From Trichinella spiralis (Eukaryota): a stretch of DNA of 64,000 bases. A program made the translations under genes and the position numbers. The DNA lies in NCBI RefSeq assembly GCF_000181795.1, contig NW_003526941.1, positions 3,437,689-3,501,688 of the forward strand, written 5' to 3'. The notes beneath the pieces were generated by a model. It worked only from the letters and a program-made list of their open reading frames with translations. It did no database searches and was not told the origin of the DNA. Positions 1 to 11,011 of this stretch are shown one piece after another. The first letter of the stretch is position 1; each line of letters opens with the position of its first letter.

Positions 1-3000
1 GAAATTCATTTTTGTGCCTTTTAAATAAATATTCGGGTCTAGTATGTCTGCAATCAATAAAATGCGTAAATACAAGATTTCAATTTGAAGCTTCCTGTAT
101 ACAAAAATGAATTTCAGGTACAAATGTTAGTAATATCACGAACATTGGCTTGGGGGTTATAAGTCGTAATTTATGTATAAATATTCATAAAAATTGAAAT
201 TATATTTTGTATTTTAAAGGAGCCCGTGTTTTATTTCTTTTCTTTTTGCCTCTATTAAAATCACATTACCTTTAACGTTTTTTGCAATATCTCGGCAAAC
301 ACGCATTTATGCAACGTAAGACCAGGTTTGTATTGATTAATTTATTTTTTCCGATCAGTTGAAAACTTCTCAACAATTTAAATTTTTCGACTTTCAAAAA
401 AGCCAGGCTATAGCCTTTGCTGTTTTTGCGATTTTCGAAAGTAGGCTTTTTTCCAAAAGTTAGCTTTTTTTGTTATATTTTGCTAAAGTTTGATACATTA
501 GTGGGTTTTGGAAAGTTTCAGTGCAAACTAGCCGGTACTTGTTGAATAAATTGCCTCTAAAGTTAGCATGCGCGTATATTAATACACATATCTTTTACAT
601 TGGAATCAAGGAGACATGTGAGTTTTTGTTAGTTATCGGTTTCAATGTACTCCTGTAAAAACAATTTATGCATATTATGCACTGTTATGTAGAACATCAA
701 TAAGTACGTAATAACCTTACTCATTCGATAAGGTTTTGAATTACATTTGCTTTATTGTCGTATTTTTAAATGGAAAGAAAGCGATTCCATCATAGGCAAT
801 GTCGTCCCTTATTTAAATTTATTACTTTTGATAACTTTTCAGAATGTTATACACTTAGGAAGTTAATCGGTAAGAGAATGCGACGGCCATGAGTGACTTG
901 GTATGTTCAATTGTAGTATTCAATGTCACCCATGAACAGAAGGTAAGTTACGTTTGCTCAGTTGTGCTCAAGTCGTGCCCATATTGATGTTAGTGCATGA
1001 GGTTTCCAACAACTGATTTTGAGAGAAATGAAATTCAATTTGCTGAAACTATTTTTCATATTTATTTCAGTGTATGCTTGGATGTAGAAGTTTATACCGT
1101 GTGAATCTACACTCAGTATTTCCCCTTTCAGTAATCATGAAATATGGAAGTAAATTTTTGAGTAATTCTGGAGAATGAATCTACTGAAATTGTACTGACC
1201 ATTACCAAACTATTCTTTCACTATTTCACATAAAGCTATTAATTATCAGCCTTCATATTTCATAATATAAAATGTAACGCATGTAGTACATCTTCTTGCA
1301 TCACATCTTTTTATTTCCACTTTAAACAAATAACAATTGTTAACGTCAGTTTATTTTCATATTTAATCAATATAGTTTTTCATTTATATCAATGCTGATA
1401 TACTATTACAGTTTAGTGAAATAAATTTTTATGCTAATTGCATTATCCATACACTTATATAACCAGAAGCAAAATAGCTTTAATTATAACAGTAACATTA
1501 ATAAAAGGTCAATAATTTATGCTAATACGCTATAATTTACCGTAAAGTAGGTTCTTCTACCAAAGGCAACTTTAATTACTATTATGCAATGTTTCAGAAT
1601 GTCGTATCCATGGTCAGTTCTATAGCATATCGCCGTAGCGGAATGTGCGGAAATATAGTAGCACTCTTGAATATCATCTATGATGAAGAGGTAAGTGCTA
1701 TTCTATAATGTAGTGCTCATCTTCTATGCACGCTATTTGCATGACCTGTCATTTCGAACTGATTTCTGTTCCCGCTAACAGTACTAACATTGAATTATTC
1801 CTGATGACACATTACTTCGTTTCCTTATAGATGCAACAGACAATAGAGTACTTATTGATATTCCGTATTTTGAGATGAATTTTCTAATATATTCTACTTT
1901 CAGATCTCACCCGGGTTGCAGTGGAATATTACATACATGTGCCATGAAGAGCAAGTTACAATTTCAATCTATTCCGAATATGTAGTATCTTATTGAAATA
2001 AAATTTTTTCAGAAACGGAGAAAGAAAACTGACAAACCACTTCAATGCCGACAACTGGAGCTGTTCCTATAAATCTGTAAAGTGCAACGAATTACCAATA
2101 CTCACATAATTAAATTCAATTTCACATGAAAGAAAGGGTAAGCAGTGCAATACGTATGTTACAATTACCATTCTACCTTACTATTAGCATGAATATAATC
2201 AGATAAGCCAACGTGAAAGAGCCATATTATAAAAAGTAATTGAAGACAAATAACGGTGCATCATAATAATTTTAGAATTCAAGCCACTTATTTATTTTGT
2301 AATACTAAATTTCCTCGCTAGTGATGGCACTGTCGCTGAATTTTGACAGAAATAAAGATGACATGTAAGTAAAAAACAAATCCTTTATTCTGCACACATT
2401 AATATTTGAAAATTTATACTAGTTCATAACACATTCAATATTCTCTATTATCATTTTTACTTGGAAATGTTCGATACGTCCACGTATCTTTCGTGATGGA
2501 ATAAAGTCATCATGTAAGTAAAAACATCTTTGTCCATATTTCACTCCCTTAGAAAACTGAAATATTATATTAGCTAATAACTTTTAGGATAAGTGAACAA
2601 CGGTGACTTACTTCACAGCTCAATATGAATAATGGTATGTATATTTTACAATAACAGATTATCAGTATAGCACTTATTTTATGGTTTATAGTTCAAATTC
2701 CTGTGCCTTTATTATTTTCTACTGCTGAAGTGGTTCACATTATTTTGAAGTTTGAAAAACGTCAACATTATGGGATCGTAACGCTGAAAGTGAACTAGGG
2801 TAAGTATAACATACTTTAAACTCCGTGGATAAAGTTGTTTGGTTTAAGATTGAAATGGCAACATCTTTGAACCCTCAAGTTGAGCAAATGATCTCCACAT
2901 TTTTATCATATGCACCTGATTTCACAAGTGAGTAATCTATTTACAATTTCTATGTGTAACGTAAAGCTTAAATCCAGATGCACTGTTATTTGTCTTCAAT

Positions 3001-3200
3001 TACTTTTTATAATATGGCTATTTAATACCAGTAATAGCAATAATTAATAATTTTCAGACATTTTGAGACTTTGTGACATCAAATCTTTATAATTTCTACC
3101 ACATGGTTAAAAATAATCACACGGATGGATTTGGCTGACTGTCAGCGATTCCACTACGTGCGTGAAAAGGAGAAAGACAATTCGTCATGCGTAGCTGCTT

Positions 3201-3946
3201 GAGAGCATGCTAAGAAAATTGACCCTATCGCATAAATTTAAGAAAGACAGCTTTCCTTAGGGAACCCGTATAAACAAGAAATTATCAGCTGGTTGGAATA
3301 TTCATTTGTCTCTACAGCACTGGATACTTTGCCGAGCATGCTTATTCTTCGAGTAACAGGTAAGTCCTAAATTTGACATTACTCATACATATTTTCAGGT
3401 TCAATTTTTCATCAACAGAATCGTTTAATACTTGACCATAGCAGATTAAACAGGATGAATAGTACACGTTCAACTTGCGTCATCATAGTGTCAAGTAAGT
3501 ATTTATTACTTTTATGATGCTTTACTATACTTATTAACGCTCTTATGTTTTAGATCTGGTAACATGGGTGTCTGGGAAGATGAAGCTGCAAAATGTTAAT
3601 GAGAACATGCTAAGAAAATTCACCCCATTGCATAAATTAAAGAAAGACATTTTTTCGATGGGAATCCATATAAACAAGAAACCACCAGCTGGAGGGAATA
3701 TACATGTCTCTACAGCACTGGATACTTTGCCGAGCATACTTATTCTTCGAGTCACAGGTAAGTCCTACATTTGACACTATTTTCAGGTGTAAGTTTTACA
3801 GAATCGTTTGCTATTGACGCTAGTGGATTGGACAGGATGAATAATAACCGTTCAACTTGCGTCATCATAAAGTCAAGTAAGTACTTATTACTTTTACCTA
3901 TTGCTTTACTTATTAACGCTCTTATGTTTTAGATCTGGTAACATGG
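3201..3946 (+). repeat. Internal tandem duplication (~380-400 bp x2) within the large repeat
   Basis: GAGA(G/A)CATGCTAAGAAAATT occurs at 3201 and 3601. Both units share TGTCTCTACAGCACTGGATACTTTGCCGAGCA and end in TTATGTTTTAGATCTGGTAACATGG. Confidence 0.92.
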
Positions 3947-4334
3947 TGTTTGGGAGGATCTGCCAGAAGTTAAAGAACAGCAGACTCAACGACGGACACT
4001 TCATACTAGCAGCAGATTTGAGAAGATGGACTGTTCAAGAACTATACGTGCGTTCATCTTGCACCAGACTAGTAAGTTCCTTAACACTTCTCTGATACAA
4101 CATTTCAGATCTGATCAGGAACAACTGATCAGATCTGAAATGTGTGAAATGAACTATGCGAACATTCCACATCTCAACAGGATTATCAGGTAAGGGTCCG
4201 TTATTGCGTTAAGGCTATCAGTTAATATTAACACATTTTAGGTATGGGCATTCACGTATGTGTCAGGTAAGGTAAGTTGCAGGAGAGCCTATTAGAAAAT
4301 AACCCTAGAATGAAAATGATCAAATAAAATTATC

Positions 4335-4834
4335 GCCTCAGGCTATGCTCTAGGCTCTCCCTTTTGGGAAATTTCCTCGAGGTATGCCTCCAGCTATGCC
4401 TAAGGCTACGCCCCGGGCAACGTCTTTTTAATTTCAAAAATTTTCCAAGTTTTTCAAAATTTTACCCTGCGGCTACGCCCTGGGCTATGCCCCAGGCAAT
4501 TTTAAAAAAACATTTGCTCTCAGGCTATGCCTCAGGCAATTTAAAAAAACTATTTGTCTTCAAACCACCCCTGAGGCAAATTTCAAAAAAATATTTGCTC
4601 TCAGGCTATGCCTCAGGCTACGCCTCCGGCAACTGTTTTCTGAAATTCAAATTTTAAAAATTTTTAAAATTTAAATTCTAAAATTTTAAAAAATTTCCCC
4701 CAGGCTACGCCCCAGGGTACACCTCAGGAAATTTTTAAAAAAATTTCGCCCTCAAGGTTCACCCGGAGCTACGCCTGAATCCATTTTCAAAAAAATGTTC
4801 ACCCTTAAGCTACACCCAGATTTACGCCTCAGGC
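4335..4834. repeat. Cluster of GCCNNNGGC palindromes (12-bp register) interleaved with A/T tracts
   Basis: Exact GCCN3GGC at 4335, 4398, 4410, 4477, 4489, 4529, 4610, 4622 and 4826, plus near-matches. Mirrored at 60383-60863. Confidence 0.9.
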
Positions 4835-5164
4835 GATTTCCAAAAAATTTTCAGGAAAAAATCGTGTCTCACATGCTAATTCCAATCGATAATCCCAACA
4901 AGGGTTGGTTGCAATGCTTGTCGAAAGACTTTATAAACACTCTGTGCTAAATATTGCATCCCACAAGTGAAATGCAGCTTACTGAACTTACTTCCACCTG
5001 TAATTGGAGTTCTCACCATAAAACATCGCTTCTTCTGATAGATCTGTTCTCTTCTGATCTGATCTCTCGTCGGATAAGGTGATACCTCCAAATTCACCAA
5101 CAATGCATCTCAGACTCTATAAAAGATCTTTATGAACTGCATGTATAAGTTTCAGGCTTAATTT

Positions 5165-5800
5165 AACTTACCTGCGCTAAAGCTTCTAAACAAATTTGCT
5201 GCTCAATTCAAACAGCTGTCTTCTTTGCACTTCGTTTTGATCAGGATGCTTGCACTTTTGAAGTTGGAATCATTCTTCCATTCTATCAATTTCGATCCGC
5301 ACCTAAAAAATTAATGCATGTTATGACAATTGGAGAATATGAATACTATTCAATAACCTACCTGAGTCCCTTGTAAAGCTTCTCGACAAATCTACTGCGC
5401 AATTTGGGCAGCTTCTTTCTGTCTTCTTTGCACTTCCTTTTGATAAATGTTCAACCGTGAGCTGTCGCGGAATCACTGGAAATGCTTGCACTTTTGATGT
5501 TGGAATCATTCTTCCAATCTATCCATTTCCATCCATATCTAAAAACTTTATGCATATTATTTATTGCTATGACTTAGAAGTAGAAAAATAAACCCAGTAT
5601 GAAATAAATACTGCTCAATGACTTACCTGAATCACTTGTAAAGCTTCTCGACAAATCTACTGCGCAATTTGGACAGCTTCTTCTTCTGTTTCCTTTGCAT
5701 AATCGTATCGTTTTGATAAAACTGCAACCATGAAGCATTCGTGCAATCTCTGGAAATGCTTGCACTCTTTTGATGCCCAAATCATTCTTCTATTGACTGC
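5165..5800 (-). repeat. Three paralogous exon-like units in tandem
   Basis: On the minus strand, three units share GAAGAATGAT...CAAAAG(A)GTGCAAGCAT...AGAAGCTTTA...CAG|GTA(A/G)G. They are visible on the plus strand at ~59440-60055. Confidence 0.85.
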
Positions 5801-8800
5801 GTTGGTGCTTTTGGGGCTTTAACTGTACGAAGCACATCTTCCACTGGATCCGCAATTTTGGGGTTGGAAATTCCACATCTCGTTGACAGACGCAACAATT
5901 GGCGTTGCAGTACACCAAGCTGCGGTTTTCTGCATGATGGATGCTACAGGCAATCATTATGGTATCGTTTAGAAAAAAACTGCAACCACGGAGGGGTTCA
6001 ATTGCCTAAATAATGAATTCTGTCAGTATACGGATTAAAAAATGAAATGTAATTTTTCCGTTTTCAAAATGCGAAGCAGTAATCGCTGGGAAATATTTAT
6101 TACAAATTATTTACATGCAATAATTCTGTTAATTCGTGGCAAAGTCTTGTTACATCCCATTGCATGCTGTAAAAGCGGCTAATGAAAACTTACCAAAGTT
6201 CAGAGAACTTAAAGCGTTGTTGCTATCTTCTAACGAGTACGACAAACCGATGGCACCTGAAACATAATGACATTACTATAAAATATGCTAATAACAGAAA
6301 AGCTCATCCATCACAAGCCAGCATATATGGTGTTATGCATGCATGCACCAATATCATGCAAACAGTAGCAGTTTTGTTATGTAAAAAACAACTCATCCTT
6401 CAAAAATTGATGAAGTTGAAGTTTAGCAAATTCCTTCATGGCTATAGACTAAATGACTACAAGATGAAACACTGTGAAAATTATATAAATAGCAAACTAC
6501 TTTGCCTCAGGTAAAACAATCTAATTTTCCTGACTTCATTCTACTAAAACTGTATTCTAAATTGCCTATTCTGGAAAAATGATTTTCAATCTGATCTCAG
6601 CATTGTGGAATAAAAAATTCTATTTAACCTGAAATAGTAAAACAACGTGAAAATACATGATTTGTGATACACTACTCTAATTAAACGTTACTTAAGACGT
6701 CAAATTTCAGCAAATTTTACACACTACATATGCTGTAAATTTCACTAATCTTGAGAATCAACATCTATTAGCAGCTGTTTTTAAACAATTCAAAATTCAA
6801 ATTAAAAAAAATTTAACTCACCGAAAATACTTCATCGTTGAGGTCCACATTCTGCACGAGTTACTTTATTCAATTATGTGGTTTTCAATAAATGAAAACA
6901 AAAAACTTTTACGGAAGCGTTTAGTATTCCATTTGAAACGTCATTATTCGCTTGCCGCACACAGTAAGTCTAAAACGAATATATAAAAATAATATACTGA
7001 ATTTTTTAGCTATTATTTATTCAGACTGTTAGTTGTTTGTTTTCTACAGTTGACCACAGATTGTAGATATGCAAAAATGCATCAAAACGTGTAAAATAAA
7101 ACGAAACGGCAATCAACAAATTCCAGCTAGCATATTAGTATGTTCATACAAATAGCAAGCAAATTTCCCATGCTATAAAAGCACAGATGGATATCACAGG
7201 CAACATATCATAGCATACCTTTCAATCATAGATAAGAATTGAAGGAGAGATCTAGAATTCAGCACGTGCCGTCATGACGATACGCTGAATAACTAGCTAT
7301 GAAAATGAAAATTAGTAACCGAGTAAATAGCAAATTATGCAAATAGAAAATTACTTTGCCTTAGGTTGAATAATCTAGTTTCCAATTCGTAATAGCGTAT
7401 AAATTTTATGAAATAACATTGCTCACGGCAACACAGTTTACAATTTCTGCCTTACCACATTGCATTACAGTAACTACTGTACAACAACAAAACGACCAAG
7501 TAAAAAAATAAATTAAACCTGCCTGTTAATAGATAATCTACTGTAATTTTACAGTAATTACGACGTAACTGAAAAGAGTAAAAAACCAAACAATCTCATC
7601 TTAACTTCGCTGTACAGTGAATTCATATGTATATATATATATATAAATAATATATAAAGAAATTTACATTCTACATCTAAACCAGGAAATTATGTTTCAT
7701 TAATTAATTTTCAATTTATCATAATAATCACTTATTTACAATATTATAAAATAAATATATGAACAGAAAGAAAGGTAGGAAATCCATTTCATCCGTGCGT
7801 TTTTATATAAAATGCTGCTATTTCATGCTGAAAGACAACTGAACAATGATGATTTGAAATATAAAAATGTGCCAGATAATTTTTAAAAAACTAATTAGCG
7901 CTAAAAGTGCAGTGTAAAAAGAAAGCTCATTTCGAGACGATGCTGATTTACATAACAGACAGACAAAGTAAATAAACACGCAACGCTAATTGACCTAGTT
8001 TATTTAAATTTGCACCAGAACTTCACCGTCGATGATCATGAACAATAATCAATGTTTCTATTTGAGTGAAAATGTAAAATAAAAAAATAGTTTTAAATGA
8101 AGTAGATGAAAAAAATAATAAAGCGTTAAAATTAAAATTGTTATTAAAGGTGCACTATATATTAAATATTTATTTGATGCATTCATTTTCATCTTCAAAT
8201 CAAATAATCTTCTAAAAGTCATTTAAGTTTAAAAAATAAATTCAAATACTAAATAATTGTGTGAAATTGAACTCTGATAAGCGTCAGAAGCACAAATAAA
8301 AGATCAAACGGCAAATGAAAAAGGGCAGGACAGTGGAAAAAGTGGGCGTTATGACGTGCATCAGAGTCGACCAGTTTGAAAATGCTTAACACTCATGCAT
8401 TCGATGAAGAAGTAGCATTAAAGTGCCACAACATCAAAATCATCAGCATTTCGAACAACAACAGTACGTTTTGTTTGTATATCAGTGTTGGATAAATTAT
8501 TAAATTATCACTTTTTAGTCTAGTATAAGAAAAATTAATTTTCTGTTCAGTCTTAATCGCATTCAATATTTATTCAAATTCATACAATATTTTCCGACTA
8601 AAATCTGAAAGAGTATTGTAAAAAGCGTTAATTCTTTGAAAATTGAATAAAACGACACTTCATGTAACATAAAACGTGCATTTGAACGTTTACTTTTATG
8701 CAGCATTTTGATAATTTATTTGTTAATTAATAAAAGTGAAAATAATTTTTTAAATCTATTTTTAATAATAAAAGTAAACTGTAAAAAGCAATCTTACGTC

Positions 8801-9147
8801 ACACTAACAAAGCAAGAAATGTTATAAATGCTTATCTTTGATGCATATCAATTTCTCTTTGTCCAATGCTTACATACTTCAACTATGACTCTGCCGAGTT
8901 ATTCATAAAAATTAATGACGTTTTATTTTGACAAATACACATTCTAATTTCTATTTGAAATATTCAAGCTTTCAGATATATGTATTTGTTTTTTTTATTT
9001 ATATCATTTTATTATAATTTAGAATCTTTAAATGTGTGACTGTTTAAATGGCGTTTAAAGTTTTGCTATTTGTATTCATTATTCCACAGGTAAATAGAAT
9101 ATGCTTACCTCATCAATGCAGCTTATGCTTCTTTGGAATGTTGAATA

Positions 9148-10074
9148 ATGTGCGAAAAAGATTACACCGCCACCACCATCGTAATCAACAGAAATTTCAA
9201 AAGTGGTCATTGCAAAATAACAATTCGTCAAGCAACCGAAAATGACATTCCAAATATATGTGAACTGGCAAAACAATCACTATGGTCGGTAGGAATTATC
9301 AATTACAAACTCTACTTTCACACAAGTCCAAAAACATGGAAAGTAGCTGTAAATTCTAAAGGCGAAATTATCGCATTCAGTGCCAGCAATCACATGCTAG
9401 TCGGTGCCCGAATTGGCTACCAGATGTTGTGTAAATTGGATTATCAAGGATACGGTATTACAAAATATTTCGACAACATGCACTACAGTAGAATTCCTAT
9501 CACTGCCAATATGACGAAATTGTCAATATGTCGTTATAAATTTGATATTTTGAAAGAGAAGCTAATTGGCTTTACAGGCATTTCTAAACCGTGGCTTCTC
9601 AATAAACCTGCTTTAAATGGAAAACTTCAAATTTGTCTGCTTACAAACGATACAATAAAATATATATTTGATTACGATTATCAAGTAATTGGATTTGATC
9701 GTCAACAATTTGTTAAACAATGGTCATTGGAAAATGGAGCGGAAACATTATATTGTCACAATCAACAAGGGCAATGCTGTGGTTATGGAACCATCCGACC
9801 CTGCGATGAGTACATCACAATAGCACCCTTATATGCAGATGATGATGTCACTGCTGAATTTTTGTTCTATCATTTATATCGAAAATTGCCAACTGGAAAG
9901 CTAATTTATGTTTTCTTTCCAGCGGAAAGAATTTTAATAAGAAAACTAGTTGCAATGGTTCAGCTCTCACAAACTGATACTGAATTTCGCGTCTATCAAC
10001 ACAAATCGTTGTTTGTAGCCGAACATTTAGCCATGGACAAAGTTTACTGCATGCATGACTACTGGCCAGTTTGA
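9148..10074 (+). CDS. GNAT-family N-acetyltransferase with YitH/HolE-like C-terminal GNAT domain; intronless
   Basis: 308-aa ORF with N-terminal IRQATENDI and YQGYGI (acetyl-CoA motif A-like). The C-terminal segments YDYQVIGFDRQQFV and GYGTIRP...IAPLYADD...AEFLF are typical of this tandem-GNAT family. Confidence 0.8.
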   Translation: MCEKDYTATTIVINRNFKSGHCKITIRQATENDIPNICELAKQSLWSVGIINYKLYFHTSPKTWKVAVNSKGEIIAFSASNHMLVGARIGYQMLCKLDYQGYGITKYFDNMHYSRIPITANMTKLSICRYKFDILKEKLIGFTGISKPWLLNKPALNGKLQICLLTNDTIKYIFDYDYQVIGFDRQQFVKQWSLENGAETLYCHNQQGQCCGYGTIRPCDEYITIAPLYADDDVTAEFLFYHLYRKLPTGKLIYVFFPAERILIRKLVAMVQLSQTDTEFRVYQHKSLFVAEHLAMDKVYCMHDYWPV

Positions 10075-11011
10075 AAACAATCTATATTTTCCATTTCAAA
10101 TAAAAAATTTCCTATATTATTATGCGTGTCTGTTGATAAATTTCATTCAATTTTAAGTTTAAAAAATTCTATAAAGTTCGGGAGATTAAAAAATACAGTA
10201 TAAAAATAGTCAAGCACTTCGAGTAAATTTTGCAATAAAAAGTACCGTAGATATACGTATCAAATGGATAAGCAATTGTATCTTGCTGATTTGATAAATA
10301 CAATCCACAAAGCTTTTATTTCAGTTCTGTATTGACAGCTAAATAAATATTTGACTATCAAAAATAGACAAATGATCGTTTCCATTGGATGACGTAAATT
10401 CCAAAGATTTTTCTTGTTTTAAAATTTTCATTTTGCATATCTTTTTAAGGATTTCCAAAAAATAACTTTAAAACATTCTGTAATGTTTTCAAAAACTACT
10501 CACATTTACTTCATACATACCTATCATTATAATAGTTGTTCACAATATTTGCATAAGTAGCATTTCTTTTGATTTAGAATATTTATTAAAAAGCCAAAAA
10601 CGTTTGTGATTTGAAAATTTACGGATTTCACCATGCAAGTTTCATATACACCTTTATATGCAAAGCATACATTATTACAGTCAGAAAAATTAATTCAGGT
10701 GAAAAAATAAAACGGATACAAAATGAGCAATCACTTGGATTTCTGTTATTTCTGAAATGTCATTAACATTTATTAAAATGAAATATTTTCAACAGGCAGT
10801 TTTCTGTATCAAATAATCTCACAATTACGATAACTATTTTTCAGTGATGCTTAAATTGTATAATTTCATTAGTAGTATAAATATGATTGCGGATATAAAA
10901 ACATTTGTCCATGTTTAAATTTATTTTCAAGTATCACAATGTACCATAATTCATATATAAAAAGCTGACAAAAATTAAAGATTTACCAACTGATTCTACT
11001 TCACAGAATCA

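Larger units (their letters stand above)
1198..7624. repeat. Left copy of a large (>=6.4 kb) inverted repeat; probably extends further left, as its partner runs off the window
   Basis: 1198-7624 is the reverse complement of 57597-64000, with scattered SNPs and small indels. Mirrored ORFs: 3568/61426, 4364/60439, 5574/59448, 6182/58744. The inner end ...CTGTACAGTGAATTC abuts a (TA)n tract. Confidence 0.97.

Noticed and set aside
200..560. Possible outer terminus of the repeat or a separate MITE (TTAAAGG.../...CCTTTAA motifs)
   Set aside because: No counterpart of the CACTGTACAG end is visible, and the partner region lies outside the window, so it cannot be supported.
4335..4834. CRISPR-like array
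   Set aside because: Eukaryotic context; units are 9-12 bp and spacers are low-complexity A/T tracts, not unique sequences.
3543..6514. Short ORFs inside the repeat (3543, 3568, 3901, 4364, 4876, 5321, 5574, 6182) and their mirror copies as proteins or a transposase
   Set aside because: No DDE, RT or other recognisable motif. They run through splice signals, and several are frameshifted or truncated between the two copies.
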